Below are positions 1-13,216 of a stretch of 64,000 nt of DNA, piece by piece (position 1 is the stretch's first letter; the number at the start of each line of letters is the position of its first letter). Made by a program: the position numbers and the translations under genes. Location: positions 10,230,001-10,294,000 of the forward strand of contig CM106586.1 of assembly GCA_048013815.1 (NCBI GenBank). The letters are read 5' to 3'. Below the pieces are notes generated by a model. The model worked only from the letters and a program-made list of their open reading frames with translations, had not been told where the DNA came from and did no database searches. Origin of the DNA: Setoptus koraiensis. Taxonomy: Eukaryota; Animalia; Arthropoda.

Positions 1-108
1 TTATAAATTGCAAGTTTAGAAACAAGTGGCAACAACAACTACAGCAACTGCTTGAATCAACTGTTTCGCCTGCTGTTCTCAGTGAAGATAACCCATCCGA
101 TTGCTTAC

Positions 109-338
109 CTGGTAGTAGTGTAGGCTGCTTTTGTGTGTACAAAATGAACGATCCAAGTCGATCGAGAATCTTCTTATCAGTGGAATCGTATCAGGCCAGG
201 GCACAAAGCTATTACTACCACCACCACCACCACCACATGACCAACAACACCAAACACATAATACACACTAATTCCGTATAGCTGCTTACCTGCTCTCACT
301 CATGAATCTTGAGACGCCAAGACGTATGCAGGGACGAT
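109..338 (-). CDS. Two putative internal exons of an unidentified minus-strand gene (338-290, 208-109)
   Basis: Strong donors CAG|GTAAGC at 289 and CAG|GTAAGC at 108; acceptors AAG (339) and TAG (209); 81-nt intron. Phases join to one open frame DRPCIRLGVSRFMSESSFVPWPDTIPLIRRFSIDLDRSFCTHKSSLHYYQ. No family recognised. Confidence 0.35.
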
Positions 339-3300
339 CTTGTTGTGTTGTTTAGTTGTTTTAATTGTACACCGATAGTTACTGTTCATGAACTCTTTAT
401 GTCCGAGAAATTATTAGTGGACGCCGGTATATATGATACAAGCTCACACACGAAAAGCAATATGTAGTAACATTGAGGCGGTACAGCAGCGTAAAGTCAC
501 CCTCTTACGGATGATATTTTTCTTATCATTGATCGAGCTAGTTGATCTAGGTAAAGGGTTGTTAAGGAAAAAAGAATAAGAGGGCGACTAAGACAAAATT
601 CAATTCCTATCAAGTGCAGCAACAACTTGCATAATACACATACATACATACATATATTTATTTATTTATTTATATATGTAGGGACGCATATACATCTCTT
701 TTTCAAATTGATTAATCTACTTTGTCAGCTTCACACAGTGCACAGAAATATATGTACAGAAAGAGCACCTGATGATGTAGACGCGGGTATGCATAATTAC
801 ATCTTTGTGTTCCACAAGCCACTATAAAAGTCTAATAGTGGGGTGCACGCAATTGATATTTAATATTGTGAGCACTTGCCTGTCCATGTTGGACTACTAC
901 CAGTACTACTACTACCTCCGAAGAGTCGATCGGCAATGGTGTAATCCCCATGAATTAACCCTTTTTAAATTAAATATTAAAAGATAGAGGTTCTTCTAAA
1001 TGATAGATAATTATTACATAATAGTAGTGGTCTACTATACGAACTCACTTGGTCAGTCTAAACTGCAAACTAAATGGGACCACTTTAAATAATGCAGTTC
1101 ACTTTAATTGGTAGTGAACATGATGGTGGTGTTGCTGTTGATAGTCAATATAATTGATATTTAGGTCAATTTAATGGAAGCTATGGTCTTAATCAACATG
1201 AAGAAAGAAAGTATTGAAACTATAGAAGAAAAACAAACGGGTAATGGTTCGAGTTGTTATTATCAACTATCGCAAGGTCTTACATGGAGAAGATAAAATA
1301 GCCTGAGATCATTTTAATGTGAGGGTACTTATTACTAGCACGAATAGTGAAACAAACAAACAGAAGAAAAGAGTTGAGGATGATGTTGTTTATTATTGTT
1401 AAGTAACATCAATTTAAAAGTACGAGTATCTAGATAGATTATTCTAATTTAATAATTATTTCTGTTTATATAGCATATCATAGTTTACATGTCTATATGT
1501 ATTTGATAACACATTTAAGTTGCGTAAAATATGAGCATTTTTTTATTTTTAGTATTTATATTTATGAACATAATCATTTAATGGGATAATTGATTGTCTG
1601 TATTACATGGTAATCGCATGTACAGAAAGTTCATACATATTTATTGTATGTATAACATTATGATGGTAACATATGCAAATGTTTGATAATTGTTGATCTG
1701 CTATTTGGCGCATAGATAAAAAAAAATCATGTGTCACTATATTTATTCATAGATAATTCTAATTACTTTGTATTATATAATAAAAAAGTGGATGCCATCG
1801 AATGATGCTATCAAATATACGACCTGCTGTAAAAGATTTACTAAAGCGATACCTCATCGATTCATCATTCTTTAGTTGGTCTTATTAGACCATATAGACT
1901 ATTTTTCGTTTATTGTCTCATACCATACTACGATGATGATAGCACACTTTAGTACTATCAGTATATAAAACTGGTGTTCGCCAAATATAGCACTAACAAC
2001 GTGCACTGGTTTCTAGCCGAATTCCGTGTATGTGTGATGTACAACCGAAAAAAGAAACTGCGATAAGGTGCTGCTTTAAATCAAATCAACTAATATTAGA
2101 AAGAACAGTGTATTCTGTTTGATTGGTAGTTCTCTTTGAACTAGTTTATTATTTTTTATTCTTTTGACCGCATCCAGTGCGTTTGGCTAGTAATAGGCGG
2201 AATGGCAATGGAAGTATACAATGCAACGGTGAATGCGCAAAATCGCTAATGATTCGCTCGTTGTTGCTAAATATACGTCGTGTCAGAAAGAAACGACAAC
2301 AAGGACAGAGACAGGATAGAGCAATAGATATACAGGTATATGGAAGCTTATAGGAGGTAACAAATCATTTTGTTTGTTGGTGTGAGAATGAGAGAATAAA
2401 AGTTGAAGGTATAAGAATAAGGAGAGCGCAAAGTGCATGCATTTCTCGTGTTGGCTTGATTACCCTGTTCTCAATCGTCCGCCCCCTTCTTTTCTATAGA
2501 ACCGACACAACATTTTTGAGTAAAATAATGAAACGCTGACTTCAAGTAGTTGGATGCAACGCTAGCCGATGACCGTTATCAGCTATCAGGTCGCCGGAGC
2601 GGCTTCCAATAATGTTAGATGCCAAACCTGATGATGATGGCTGATGTTGGGAGCGAGGTTATTGGCGTCGCTGTCGACGCCATCAACCGCCTTCGCCGCC
2701 AACACACACACACACACACGCACACTCTGGCGCAGGTAGGGAGCAAACTGTACAAACGGAGAGGACAGTGCATTCGAAAACAATGGCTGGTCAAGTTGGC
2801 AGAGATGATAATGATGATTTTGTGGCATGGAGTAGATAAGACGCGCAGAGCAGCGGTATGTTGTATCTTTTGATGCCTCCAATTGGTTTGGTGGCGATTC
2901 TTTTGCAAGTGGGCACGCATTTGAGCACGAGTAAAAAGTGGAATAATCGTGTTGCTCGTTGCTGTTGGCGTTAGTTGAGTTTGCCGGTGTGCCTGGTGGT
3001 GTCGATTGTTGGTCCATGCGAGCGCACCATTAAACTAAGCGACGGCGACGACGACGACGAGATACACATCAACAGGTAGTGGGCAACAAGTGGCCCACAA
3101 GCATAACCTCTGGCCAGCAGTTGGCTTCGGGAGGGATCTGTGTTGTGAGATGCTGTGGTGGTTGTGTTGATACAGCGTTGTTTAAGTGAAATGACACCAC
3201 CATCGCCACCGCCAACAACAAGTGCAACGCTTCAGAAGCCGCTTCACCGCAGCGCCAGAGCGCCGATAACGCCGCAGTGCTGATTCGGCATCAGTGATGC

Positions 3301-4196
3301 CACGGTAACGCCACAGCGACGCAAAGATGCAGAGAGCGTGCAACGATGTATTTGTTTGTCTGGCCGGACTGGAGATTGTCTAGTGGTGGTGTGAACTTGA
3401 GTAAGCTTATAGTACATGGTGCATAGCAAGAAGTGTGGTGTCGGCCGGCAACAATGCAGCAGCAGCAGCAGCCCGACAACAATAAGATCAGCCTGGCCTT
3501 ACCTGTGTGAGGTATCGCCCACTCGTGCCCATTCACAGTGGCCTGTTAGTGGGGCTGGTTTGTGTACAAGTTGCAAGTGGCGCAGGTTGCATGCGCCCTC
3601 CTCATCCCGTATGCTCGTTGGCCACGCTTGCTACCTGTGCGAATGCTACCTGTGGCCCGAATGGCGCTCATTGTGGACGCCATATCTTGCATCTGTTTAT
3701 TTACAGGTATTATATTGTGTTTTTGTGGATTAGTGTAGCGCCAATGGTAGACCACAAACAACAACAACAACAACAACAACGAGTTGTTGTTTTCGTGAAG
3801 CCAGCCAGCGCCACTGCCGCCCCGAGAAGACGCCACAACGAAGGACGGCCGCAGACAAGCGCCAGCGAGCGCTTAAAGGACACGGGGCGTGGTGCCTATG
3901 CGAGCTATAATGATATCTTAGGGCGGCATCTCGATAATTGTTGGCGATAAGTGCCGCGTCTAGTTGAGAAGTCGCTCTCGTCTTGCTGCGGATAAACCGC
4001 GCCACAGTGACCGTGCCGCGCTGACTATGCCGCGCTGACTATGGGGATGCGGCGGCGTTGGCAGTCGGCGCGACTATGAGCGCGCATTCTCGGACGAGCG
4101 CCGTGTGTGTCGCTGAGGAAATTCGCCACCGAAAGCGAGACCACGACAATAGGTGAGCCGGGCATAATGCGCTCGCATTAGGCAGATTTTTTGCCT

Positions 4197-4278
4197 TGCT
4201 CCTTACTCTGCTCCCTACTCTGCTCCCTACTCTGCTCCTTACTCTGCTCCTTACTCTGCTTCTTACTTTGCTTATTAC
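4197..4278. repeat. 12-bp tandem repeat (TGCTCCYTACTC), about 7 copies
   Basis: Read directly; copies degenerate toward the 3' end. Confidence 0.9.
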
Positions 4279-5544
4279 CCCGCGTTTCGCTTCTCGCTCT
4301 GCGTTTTGCCTTGCTTTTGGGCTTGCGCTCTCCGCTTTTCACTTTCGAGCCAGCGCGGTAATTCTCGTCGCGCACATAACTCACCGTGTCCACAATTGAC
4401 TCAATTGAGTTGAGTTTGCGTTCAAACAATTCGCTGGCCGCTCATTTGCATGCTGTCCGACGATTTGTTGCCAGCAAATCGTTGGCAACGAATTGCTGGC
4501 AACCAATCAACGAGCGCGCCGCCAACGGGGCAAGCCACACAACAAGTGGCGCGCTGCCAGTCGACGCTGCCGGTTGCGCAATCGTGGCGGCGGCCGACTG
4601 CTCGTGGCAGCACGCCCCCGACTGCCGCTTCGAGCAACCAGAGCAACCGGTGGATTGGTTGAACCAACCAACCAAAGCCACGGTGCACAAAAAACGTGCT
4701 TGCTGCGGTAGCGAGCTGCCAGCAGCTCGCAATTGTGCCAGTGATACACGAGTGATGCCGAGCAAGCGCAACAACTGCGAATTGCCGCTCAAATAAGCGC
4801 ACAGCATGCCCAAACGAGGCCACGCCAGACACAGCGTTCTCTCAGAGAATTTGCCTGCCTGAGAATCTCAGGTGAATTATTACCGTGCCCCTCACAATGG
4901 CTGCGCCAGTGCGCAAAACAGGAAGCTCTTTCGCGTTTGTGCCGCGCTGATGCGTCGCGGCCAGTCTCGGCCAGCCTCGGCCTGCCCTGGCCGGCTCTCG
5001 GCGGGCTCTCGGCGTGACCTCGGCGGCGGCCCCCGAGCGCCGGAGAACATTGCACTTTGCACAATCATTGTGCCACAATGTGCCTGTTGGAATTGCAAAC
5101 GAGATGCGCGCACACCAGCATGTCGGTGCCGGCGACTTGTGCGCAAAGTCGCCTGTTGGCACAAACAGGTTACCTCATTGTGTTTGTTCTGTCCATTCTG
5201 TGCAACATGCAAATGGAAGCCAGCGTGAATGGCCGACAAGTGATCTCAATTGTCTGCTATTCACGCGTGTGTCAAGTGTGTGTCTTGGAAACTGCCCAAG
5301 TCTCTCACAAGTCAGTGTGTGTAACACAATATGGGCGACATTGCCGCTGTTGTCATACGCTCATGCGATGAGTTTCGGCGATGAGTTTCGGCGACGAATT
5401 TCAGCAGTCGCCGCTGTGGCACTGCGTCATGACGCAATGATGCCGGCCACAGCAGCCACTGGCCAGTCACTTGAAAGTTGCGCGCGCGCGCGCGCGCCAT
5501 TATGTGTGCACTGGTTGCGTAATGGGTTCGTTGCGCTCTCTCCC

Positions 5545-5592
5545 TCTGTGCCACAGAGTCTGTGCCATAGAGTCTGTGCCATAGAGTCTGTG
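5545..5592. repeat. 14-bp tandem repeat (TCTGTGCCAYAGAG), about 3.4 copies
   Basis: Read directly. Confidence 0.9.
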
Positions 5593-6489
5593 GCCGTCGT
5601 TTGGGCCACACGATATGGCTGTCACTTTAGAGTGCAGAGTCTGGAGTCCAGACACCAAACCAACGTTTGGTGTGCGCAACACGCCGGCTCACATTGTCAG
5701 ACTACAAACCGCAGCGAGCGGCGGGCCTCCCCGCTGCTCGCTGCCGGCCGAACCCGGACGAGCCCAGCCGAAGCCCAGCAGAAGCCGGGCGATGATTTGC
5801 GAGGTGCCTCACTGGTGATTTCAACAAGTCGTTTGTGCGCGCCGTCGTCGTCGTCGGCAAACTCACCGGGCACCGACCGCGCTCCCTGTTGCCGCCGCCG
5901 CCGCCTCCAATCTCGGCCGTGTAACGAGTGCCCGGTCGGACCGACTGGCGTCCACTCGAGCCCGCCGTGCGCCGCGTTCGGCCATGAACTGACTTTAAAC
6001 TCTTTCTTTTGCCGCTCTCAACTCTTTCTTTGCTCGCTTGTCTCGCTTTGCTCGCTTTCGACCCGCTCTTGTCGCTCGTCTCGCTGTGCCTCGAACCCGT
6101 GCGCTCTCGCTCGCAGCGCCGCCGGCCTCAAGATTAGCCGGCGACGCGGTGTGCGGAGTGGCCGCACTGGCCGCAGAGGATGCGCCGGGCAAACGATGCG
6201 CAAACAGCGACAATCCGCAGGAACGCGACCTCGTCTGAGAATGTCGGGCTGAGATGCGGTGCCCGTTGCCGGGCGATTTGCCCATTTGAGGCGCCTCCGC
6301 TCCCTGCAAGCTCGCAGCGAGCGCAGCAACCGCCAACTGAGCCAACCGACTTGCGAGCCAACTGAGCGAGCGGCCAGTGAGCGAGTCGCAACTGGACACT
6401 GCTGGCCGCCGGTCAGTCGGTTGGCGCGCGTTCGTGGTCAATGACTTCATCGGCTGCTGGCGCTGCACGCGTCGCAACAGTGCCAACAG

Positions 6490-6537
6490 CACAGAGTGGC
6501 AACAACACAGAGTGGCAACAACATAAATTGGCAACAA
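6490..6537. repeat. 16-bp tandem repeat (CACAGAGTGGCAACAA) x3
   Basis: Two perfect copies plus one degenerate copy (CATAAATTGGCAACAA). Confidence 0.85.
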
Positions 6538-7080
6538 CAAAACGCAGCAGCGGCATAATGGTGACGTAATATGCCAAGAGTGGACTTTTTGAGGCAAAAC
6601 AAATGCGTCGTTGGAATGGTCAGTGGACACGACGCGACACACACAATCAAGCGCGGTGCTCGTGGCACTGCGGCTATTGGCCCCGCCGGTGCGCTGCCAA
6701 AAGTAGTTAGAGATGCCACTTGCGCACAGTTGGCCACTTTATTCTAATCAATTTGCGGCTGGTGCCCCCCCCCCCAGAGCCAAAAAGCCACTGGGATGCT
6801 GAATAATGTAAAAGTTTGTGACCAACTGGTTGAGGGGGCCGCGCGCGCGCGCGCGGCCGATCGCTAATGAGCCGGCCAATGTCCCAAATGGCCAGTTGGC
6901 TGGCATGTGTGTCTGGCAGAGAGAACACGATTCGGCGGCTCGATATTCTCCGGCGAGCCCATTAATATTGGCCATCAATGGTGGGCTGTCGCGTCGTTTG
7001 GTGCACTGGCCAGTTCCGATGGCCATCGCCGTCCATCGGCCGTCCATTACCACGAGCCACAGCTCGATGAATTGAGCCCA

Positions 7081-7147
7081 ACAAACAGCGAGCCCGACAA
7101 ACAGCGAGCCCGACGACAAACAGCGAGCTCGACAAACAGCGAGCTGG
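7081..7147. repeat. 16-bp tandem repeat (ACAAACAGCGAGCYCG) x4
   Basis: Read directly; one 3-nt insertion between copies 2 and 3. Confidence 0.9.
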
Positions 7148-8604
7148 CGGGCTCAATGTAGCATTGAGCTGCGTCTGGCCGTTATGTCGGGATGCGTCGT
7201 CGACTTGCGAGCCAGGATGACGCAATCAAATATATGGGGCCGGTTTATTGTCGACTGATGGCGCGCAACAAAGTATAAATATGGCCAGTGGAGCGCGATG
7301 AGATGCGACATTTCATCGTGCAACGGTGCACTTTTCCGTCCGCCAGCAGCGCCGCGCGGATATATTGACGCTGCTCATCACTACTTATATATATACTGTC
7401 TATATATTGTGGGCCCATATGCCGCACGGGCAAGTGGCCCAAATTGTTTGTGTGTCCACTTGTGACACACACACACAACTCGTCGTGACTTGAGTTGTGG
7501 CACCAATGTTTGCCAGACAAACGCACAATCGGACGTCTCTATCGGGAGCGCCATATATCAACATCACTGTGTGTGTATGCAGTTTATATGTGACAACGTA
7601 TTTATATTGCGTAATGACGTAATGTCGTTGTCTGCCTGCCAGCGGTGAACGTTGCAGCAAGACACACAAAATAGCTGCGCCAGTGGCTCAAGTCGCTGCA
7701 CTCCGGTCGGACTGCAGCACACCTAGCGGCCAGCTAACGTATCGTGGCGTGGCAATCATTTGTGCATTTAAGCCGATATGTCTCGATACATATTTGCTTT
7801 GTGGCTCGTCCGCACACACACACACACATACTACATGCTACATACTAGTACATGTATTGCTGAGAGAGCCCACGACATCAGTCCGCACGCATGATAGATG
7901 AAATACGAATGAAGCTCTCCGGGGGCCCCATTAAATCATACATTCACAATATATAGTGCGTATAGTGTGTATGAATTGTGCACAAAGACAATGTGTAGCC
8001 ATGGCCACAATTTGTGTTTGTGAGCCCAATACGCGCACTACCCGCGCAAGTACGTGCAAGTAACAAAACGCGCCACGCGGTGACATGGTTACATCATCGT
8101 CATACATCGACAGACACCGGCACAGTCGCCACCCATAGCTGGCCGTGGCGCCCCCACAATTTACAACGCGCTGCTTGTTAGAGGCCCGCGCGAGACTAGA
8201 ATTTTCGGCACTAGATATTGCAAGCTCATTATGATTTCAGTTGTGCACTGACTGTGTAGACACTGTAACACACTGACATTGTGAACAGTTATGTAAATCT
8301 GCATTATGGTAGCGCCGTCCGACGATTAGTCACTCTGCCGCTGCCACTAAATATAGAGCACGTTCGGCCAGGCTGACACGCTGAGCTGGCGAGCACTCCG
8401 ACTCACAGGAAACGCACTGACACCAGCTAATAATCTAGCCGACGTCGGGCCCGTTGCCGGCCTGGCCAATCTCTCGCCGTTGGCCTGACAAGTCTCTTGC
8501 CGAGGGCCTGACAAGTCGCTCTTGTCGTTGGCCAGTTGCCCGCTCGGCGACTGCCCACGACAAGGGGCCAGCGACTGGCGCGAGCGGCCTTTGTCTTGCC
8601 TCAA

Positions 8605-8668
8605 AGTTTGGGAGCCCCAGAGTTTGGGGGCCTCAGAGTTGGGGGGCCGCAGAGTTTGGGGCTTCCAG
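8605..8668. repeat. 16-bp degenerate tandem repeat (AGTTTGGGRGCCYCAG) x4
   Basis: Four adjacent 16-nt units. Confidence 0.8.
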
Positions 8669-10263
8669 CGGGCGGCTCGAGAGCTCGCTCGTGGGCCATT
8701 GCTAGTGCCCACGACAAGCCAACTCTTGTGCGTGTTCGCGTTGCAGATTATCTCGCATCTCGACCAATTGCGTATGCAGTTGCTCCATTAAGTTGCACCC
8801 ACTGCGGCTCTCAATTTACTCTCGCTTCTGGCTCTGCCCGTGTGGCCATACAATGGGCCCCATTGCGAGTGACTCTGACAAAACAATTTCTGCAACTCGG
8901 GCCCGCAACACGCACACGCGAAGATTAACATTTAAACAAAACCAATAAGCGCGCCACTTGCGTAATAAGTGAGTCGAGCAGTCGATCGCTGGCGCCATCT
9001 ATGACAGCGGGCCCGCTTGAGCTGCAGCAGCGGCGGCAGCAGCAGCAGCGGCAGCAGCATCTCGGCAAGTAAATGTTTTATGCCAAGTGAAGTATGGCAA
9101 GCTGATAGATCGATCGACCATTTTGTGCGCCGGGCTCGACGAAGAATCGGGCAAACACTTGAGAGTGCACAGTTCAATTCGAGTTTGGCCCTCACGAGCT
9201 TGGCAAGTCTAGTTGCGCCGCAGTGACACGAGCCAGGGCCGCTGCTTGCAAGTCACTTGTAAGTCACAAGTTGCGCGTCACAGGACGGCTGCTGCACCGG
9301 TGTGGCAATTTGCCAGAGCGATTCACTTTGTTGTCGGTGCTTGGTTGTTGCTGTCGTTGTTGGCGCTGTCGTTGTTGCCGTTGTTGCTGCTGCTGCAAGT
9401 GTGTAGTTTGGTTTGTTCACTCGCCAACAGAGCATAGCCAGGGCGCACAGTTACATAAGAGACGAGAACAGTTGCATGGGAGACACGGTAATGAACACAC
9501 ACACACAGCAACAATAATGACACACGCCGGGCTACAATCTTTTCATTAGGCCCGCACCAGCTTGAGCTGTAGCTGGGGCCAAGGCACATTTATACGCGGC
9601 TATACGCGGCGCATAGTGTATGGATATTTATAGTACGACATGATGGATGGCCGAGAGGGGCCAACTTGTGCGCTGCGAGACAGGCAACAATACGCAGATG
9701 ATGGCAAAATCACAACAACCATCGCCAGTCTCGATGATCGCTCGCTACAAACATAGTTGCACTTGCGTCTAAACTTGAACCATGCCCACTGTGCCACACT
9801 GCATGCCATGTAAACTATGTAAAACTAAAACCGAAACCTAACCCGAAACAAGCTGCCATTCGGGCCCCAATTTGTTGTGGGGCCCCAAATGGCGACCGGC
9901 GACTGGCAACTGGCAACTGGCAGCGCTAGTGGCGACGTGTTGTGTCATGTTTGGCTCGCGATGATAGTTTGAGTCGGACAGATGATGGCCTTGTTAGGCG
10001 GTTAGCTGTCGACATGCATTTAAAAGGTTCGCATCGCGACTTGAAACACATTTTCTGCATTGCGTCGCTCGCATTTCGTCGCCGGCCCCAATGAGGCTCA
10101 GTGCGGTGTGCAGTCTCGGCGTGTAAACGGGGTCTGGCAGAGAGAAAGAAACAGACAGAGATTGGCAGACGCCACAAATACACCGATGGCGCTGTGACAA
10201 GGCCGAATGTTTGCCAGCAGTTTGCCGGCGGTTTGAATCGCAGCCGGGCTGTCTCGTCACCTC

Positions 10264-10370
10264 GTTGCCAGGTTGCCGATTGCCAGTTCGCCGAGTTGCC
10301 AGGCTGCCGAGTTGCCAGGCTGCCGAGTTGCCAGGCTGCCGAGTTGCCAGGTCGCCCAGTTGTCAGGTTG
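10264..10370. repeat. 16-bp tandem repeat (GTTGCCAGGCTGCCGA), about 6.5 copies
   Basis: Three perfect copies at 10295-10342 flanked by degenerate copies. Confidence 0.9.
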
Positions 10371-11639
10371 ACCTCCCCGAGGGCCGCGGTGTGTGGCCAA
10401 CCTCGAAGGCAGCTCGTGGCAGCAGTTTGCGCGTGCTGCAAGCGTGTTCGGCGGGCCCCGGCCGCTCTAATTCAATATCGAAACATTGGCCAGCGCCGGC
10501 ATTACAAGCGCAACAAAAACAGAGGCGACAACGACAGCTACACTAATCATGTTTTCGGGGTTAGATTATGTTTTGCCCGAGGCGCTTGTTTGGTACTTCT
10601 TGACACACACACACACACTATGAGACACACACAGAATCGGACGGCCAAGCCGAGCTTTGCGGGCTCCTCGTGGCACCTCCAGTGGGCTCGTCAGTGGCTA
10701 GTTAGGCGCACTGGGGCCCCGATGCGAGCTGGCGCTGCCAGCCGCCCCGAAGACATGACAAGCGACACAAATGTCTCACAAATGTCTTGGCCAGTCGCGC
10801 CCGTGCCAAGCAACAAAATATCACATTATATCGCATTGGCCGCCCTCTCTCGGCCGAGCGGCATGACAGGCCGCACTCGGCCACGCTTTGCCAGGCCACA
10901 TTCGGCCATACTTTGCCGGGCCCTAGTTGGCGCTGCTCGGCGCCACCTACTGGATCAGTGGTACTGATCGCCGGAACGGGCCGCTGGCCGCCCGAACGAG
11001 CTGCTAAATGTGACGCCTGTGCCCGAGTGGCCGCTCGCCTCGACCGAGCGGCCGGCCAGAGGCGCGCTGCAGATTGCGACCGGCCGCGGTGCCAGATTCA
11101 ATTATTTTGCGCCCCGCGCGGCAGCGCGGCGCTTTTTTATGCGGGCCCCGTTGCGTTTGTGCGGCCCGCACTGTTCGCGTTCCGGCAGCAGCGCTGCACG
11201 GTGCGGGCCCCACTGGCGTGAGCGAACAAAGTGAACAGGCCGAACCCAGTGACGAAAGTGGCTCGTTGTGGCAACTTATTGTTACGACTGTGTGTTGCGC
11301 CATAACTTATGGCGTGTCGGCGTGACTCGCGCCGAGCAAACGGGCCCCACTCTATTTGGTTTCGCCACCTTCGTGTCGTTTCCTGGCCGATTTATCGCTG
11401 CCACTGCTGGCGCCGCCGCCGCCGCTTTTAAGTCGCCACTGGCCGCGCGTGCTGGCGCGCCTCGGTGTGTAATTCGAGCACATTGCGATCGACTTGTGCA
11501 TCACTTGCACAAGTGCCCCCCGCAACATCTCATCAAAAGCCGCTGAGCGCGGCCTGTGCAGCGGGCCTCTCGAGGGGGCGCCCCGAAGAAGCGCGTGTCT
11601 TCGCTGCGCGCAGCACGCGCTTTTTGTGCCAGCTCAAAC

Positions 11640-11696
11640 GCGTATTTAGCGTATATGGCGTATATGGCGTATATAGCGTATATAGCGTATATAGCG
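11640..11696. repeat. 9-bp tandem repeat (GCGTATATR) x6
   Basis: Read directly. Confidence 0.9.
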
Positions 11697-12544
11697 GCGC
11701 TATGATAGCGCTGCTCGGCGATTCGGGGCCCCAAAAGCCAGTGGCAGTTGGCTCACTGTGACTCACGGTCTGTGAGCCACAACAACGTATCGTGTCGCTG
11801 TGAGCAGTGTGCACGCGGCGCGCGCCATTGTGTGCTGGCCAAGCCTCGCAGCTCGCCACTAGCGATTCGCTAGGCACACTTACAAGTATTGCTTGTGTGC
11901 ATACAATTGTGCGATAAGCTTGCAAGCGAATCTCTTGTGGCGCCGATGCACAGCGATGCAAAATGCGCAGGCGCAACCAATGGGTTGCACAACATTACGC
12001 AACATAACATTACTTATCCTTGGGCGCGCGCGCGCACATTATGTAACTTAAGCGAGCGCGATGCGGGGCCCCACTGGCGTGCGTGTGCCATCGAACTGGC
12101 AAAGATAGCGCTGGTTGGGGGGACGCGGAGCCCATTCATTGTAACCGTTGTGAGGGCTACAACGGCTATAACGGTGTGTGTGTGTGCGTGTGTGTGTGCG
12201 TGTGGCTCCGTGGGCACCCAAATACTGATTGTCTGGCCTGCGATACTTTACAGCGTGCACGACGGTTTGGCGGGGCCCCCGGATCGGCCAAAGAGTAGCC
12301 CACAAGTACATTATATTGGGCGCGTTACTTTCGCAACGTCTGCCTGCAACAACAACGGCGCCCAAAAACAAGTTGCTGTCCCGAGAGGGCCCCTGGCGCG
12401 CGTGCGTCATTGTTTATCTGTCTGGCTGGCCACTGTTTTGCGCTGGCCGATCGCTGTTTTGTGCTGGCTGTGCAGCCAACAAAGAACCAACGACAACGAC
12501 AACAACACTCGTATCATTATTATCGCCGTGTCCTAATGCAGTCA

Positions 12545-13062
12545 CACAATCACAACAGCAACGACAACAACGACGACAACGACAACGACACCAACAACAA
12601 CAACAACAACAACAGCAACAACAACACTGGCACTGGGCGAGCTGGCATAGGTGGGTGAACGGGCGACGAAACAACACAGTAGCAGCGACACTTGCAATAG
12701 AAGACGCAACCAGAAAAAAACAAGTGACCATCGCGGCCAGCATCAAATCCGACATCGATCCATCATTGCATTGTTAGGCGCGATCAATTTGCAGTTATTT
12801 GCATTGATTCGCGAGCCAGCCAGAGCCAACTGTCAATATATTGTGCAGCGTTGTGTTGCGTCTCGTGGAGCGTCATTGATCAGTTTATTGTCGACTGTTC
12901 GCCAGAGAGATATTGCGCGCGCGAGAGTGGAGCTGACACACAATAGCGCACCACAACAACAACAGCAGCAACAACAACAACAACGACAACAACAACGACA
13001 ACAACAGCAGCAACAACAACAACGACAACAACAGCAGCAACAACAACAACGACAACAACAAC
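12545..13062. repeat. Two imperfect (CAA/CAG/CGA)n microsatellite tracts (about 12545-12625 and 12952-13062)
   Basis: Read directly; they generate the poly-Q/N/C/L spurious ORFs in the track. Confidence 0.9.
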
Positions 13063-13216
13063 CAGTCAGTTGAGGCATTCGCTGACCGACTGACTGACAA
13101 TTGAGTGCTCACGCGACGCAAGAGCCGAGTCACGAGAAACTTATTTTTGTATACATTTTTAAATAAATATCCATACTGCACACACAAGCGCACAGCGTTA
13201 CACAGAGACTGCAATC

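Noticed and set aside
1304-1315. 12-nt match to the 5' end of bantam miRNA (TGAGATCATTTT)
   Set aside because: The match stops at nt 12 and there is no complementary hairpin arm.
2586-3017. 143-aa minus-strand ORF (MDQQSTPPG...)
   Set aside because: No recognisable motif and it runs through a (GT)n microsatellite. It could be an exon but I cannot support that.
6341-6425. 11-bp inverted repeat (GCCAACCGACT/AGTCGGTTGGC) with an inner 8-bp stem, considered as a pre-miRNA
   Set aside because: Large asymmetric bulges; such stems are expected by chance in GC-rich repetitive DNA.
6490-10370. CRISPR-like appearance of the 16-bp arrays
   Set aside because: The units are head-to-tail with no unique spacers, there are no cas genes, and the context is eukaryotic.
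3244-13214. Dozens of long ORFs in the GC-rich block (for example 5014..6252, 412 aa; 10101..10967, 288 aa)
   Set aside because: They overlap in several frames and on both strands, are Ala/Arg/Cys-rich as expected from GC-rich DNA with few stops, translate microsatellites, and show no family motifs.
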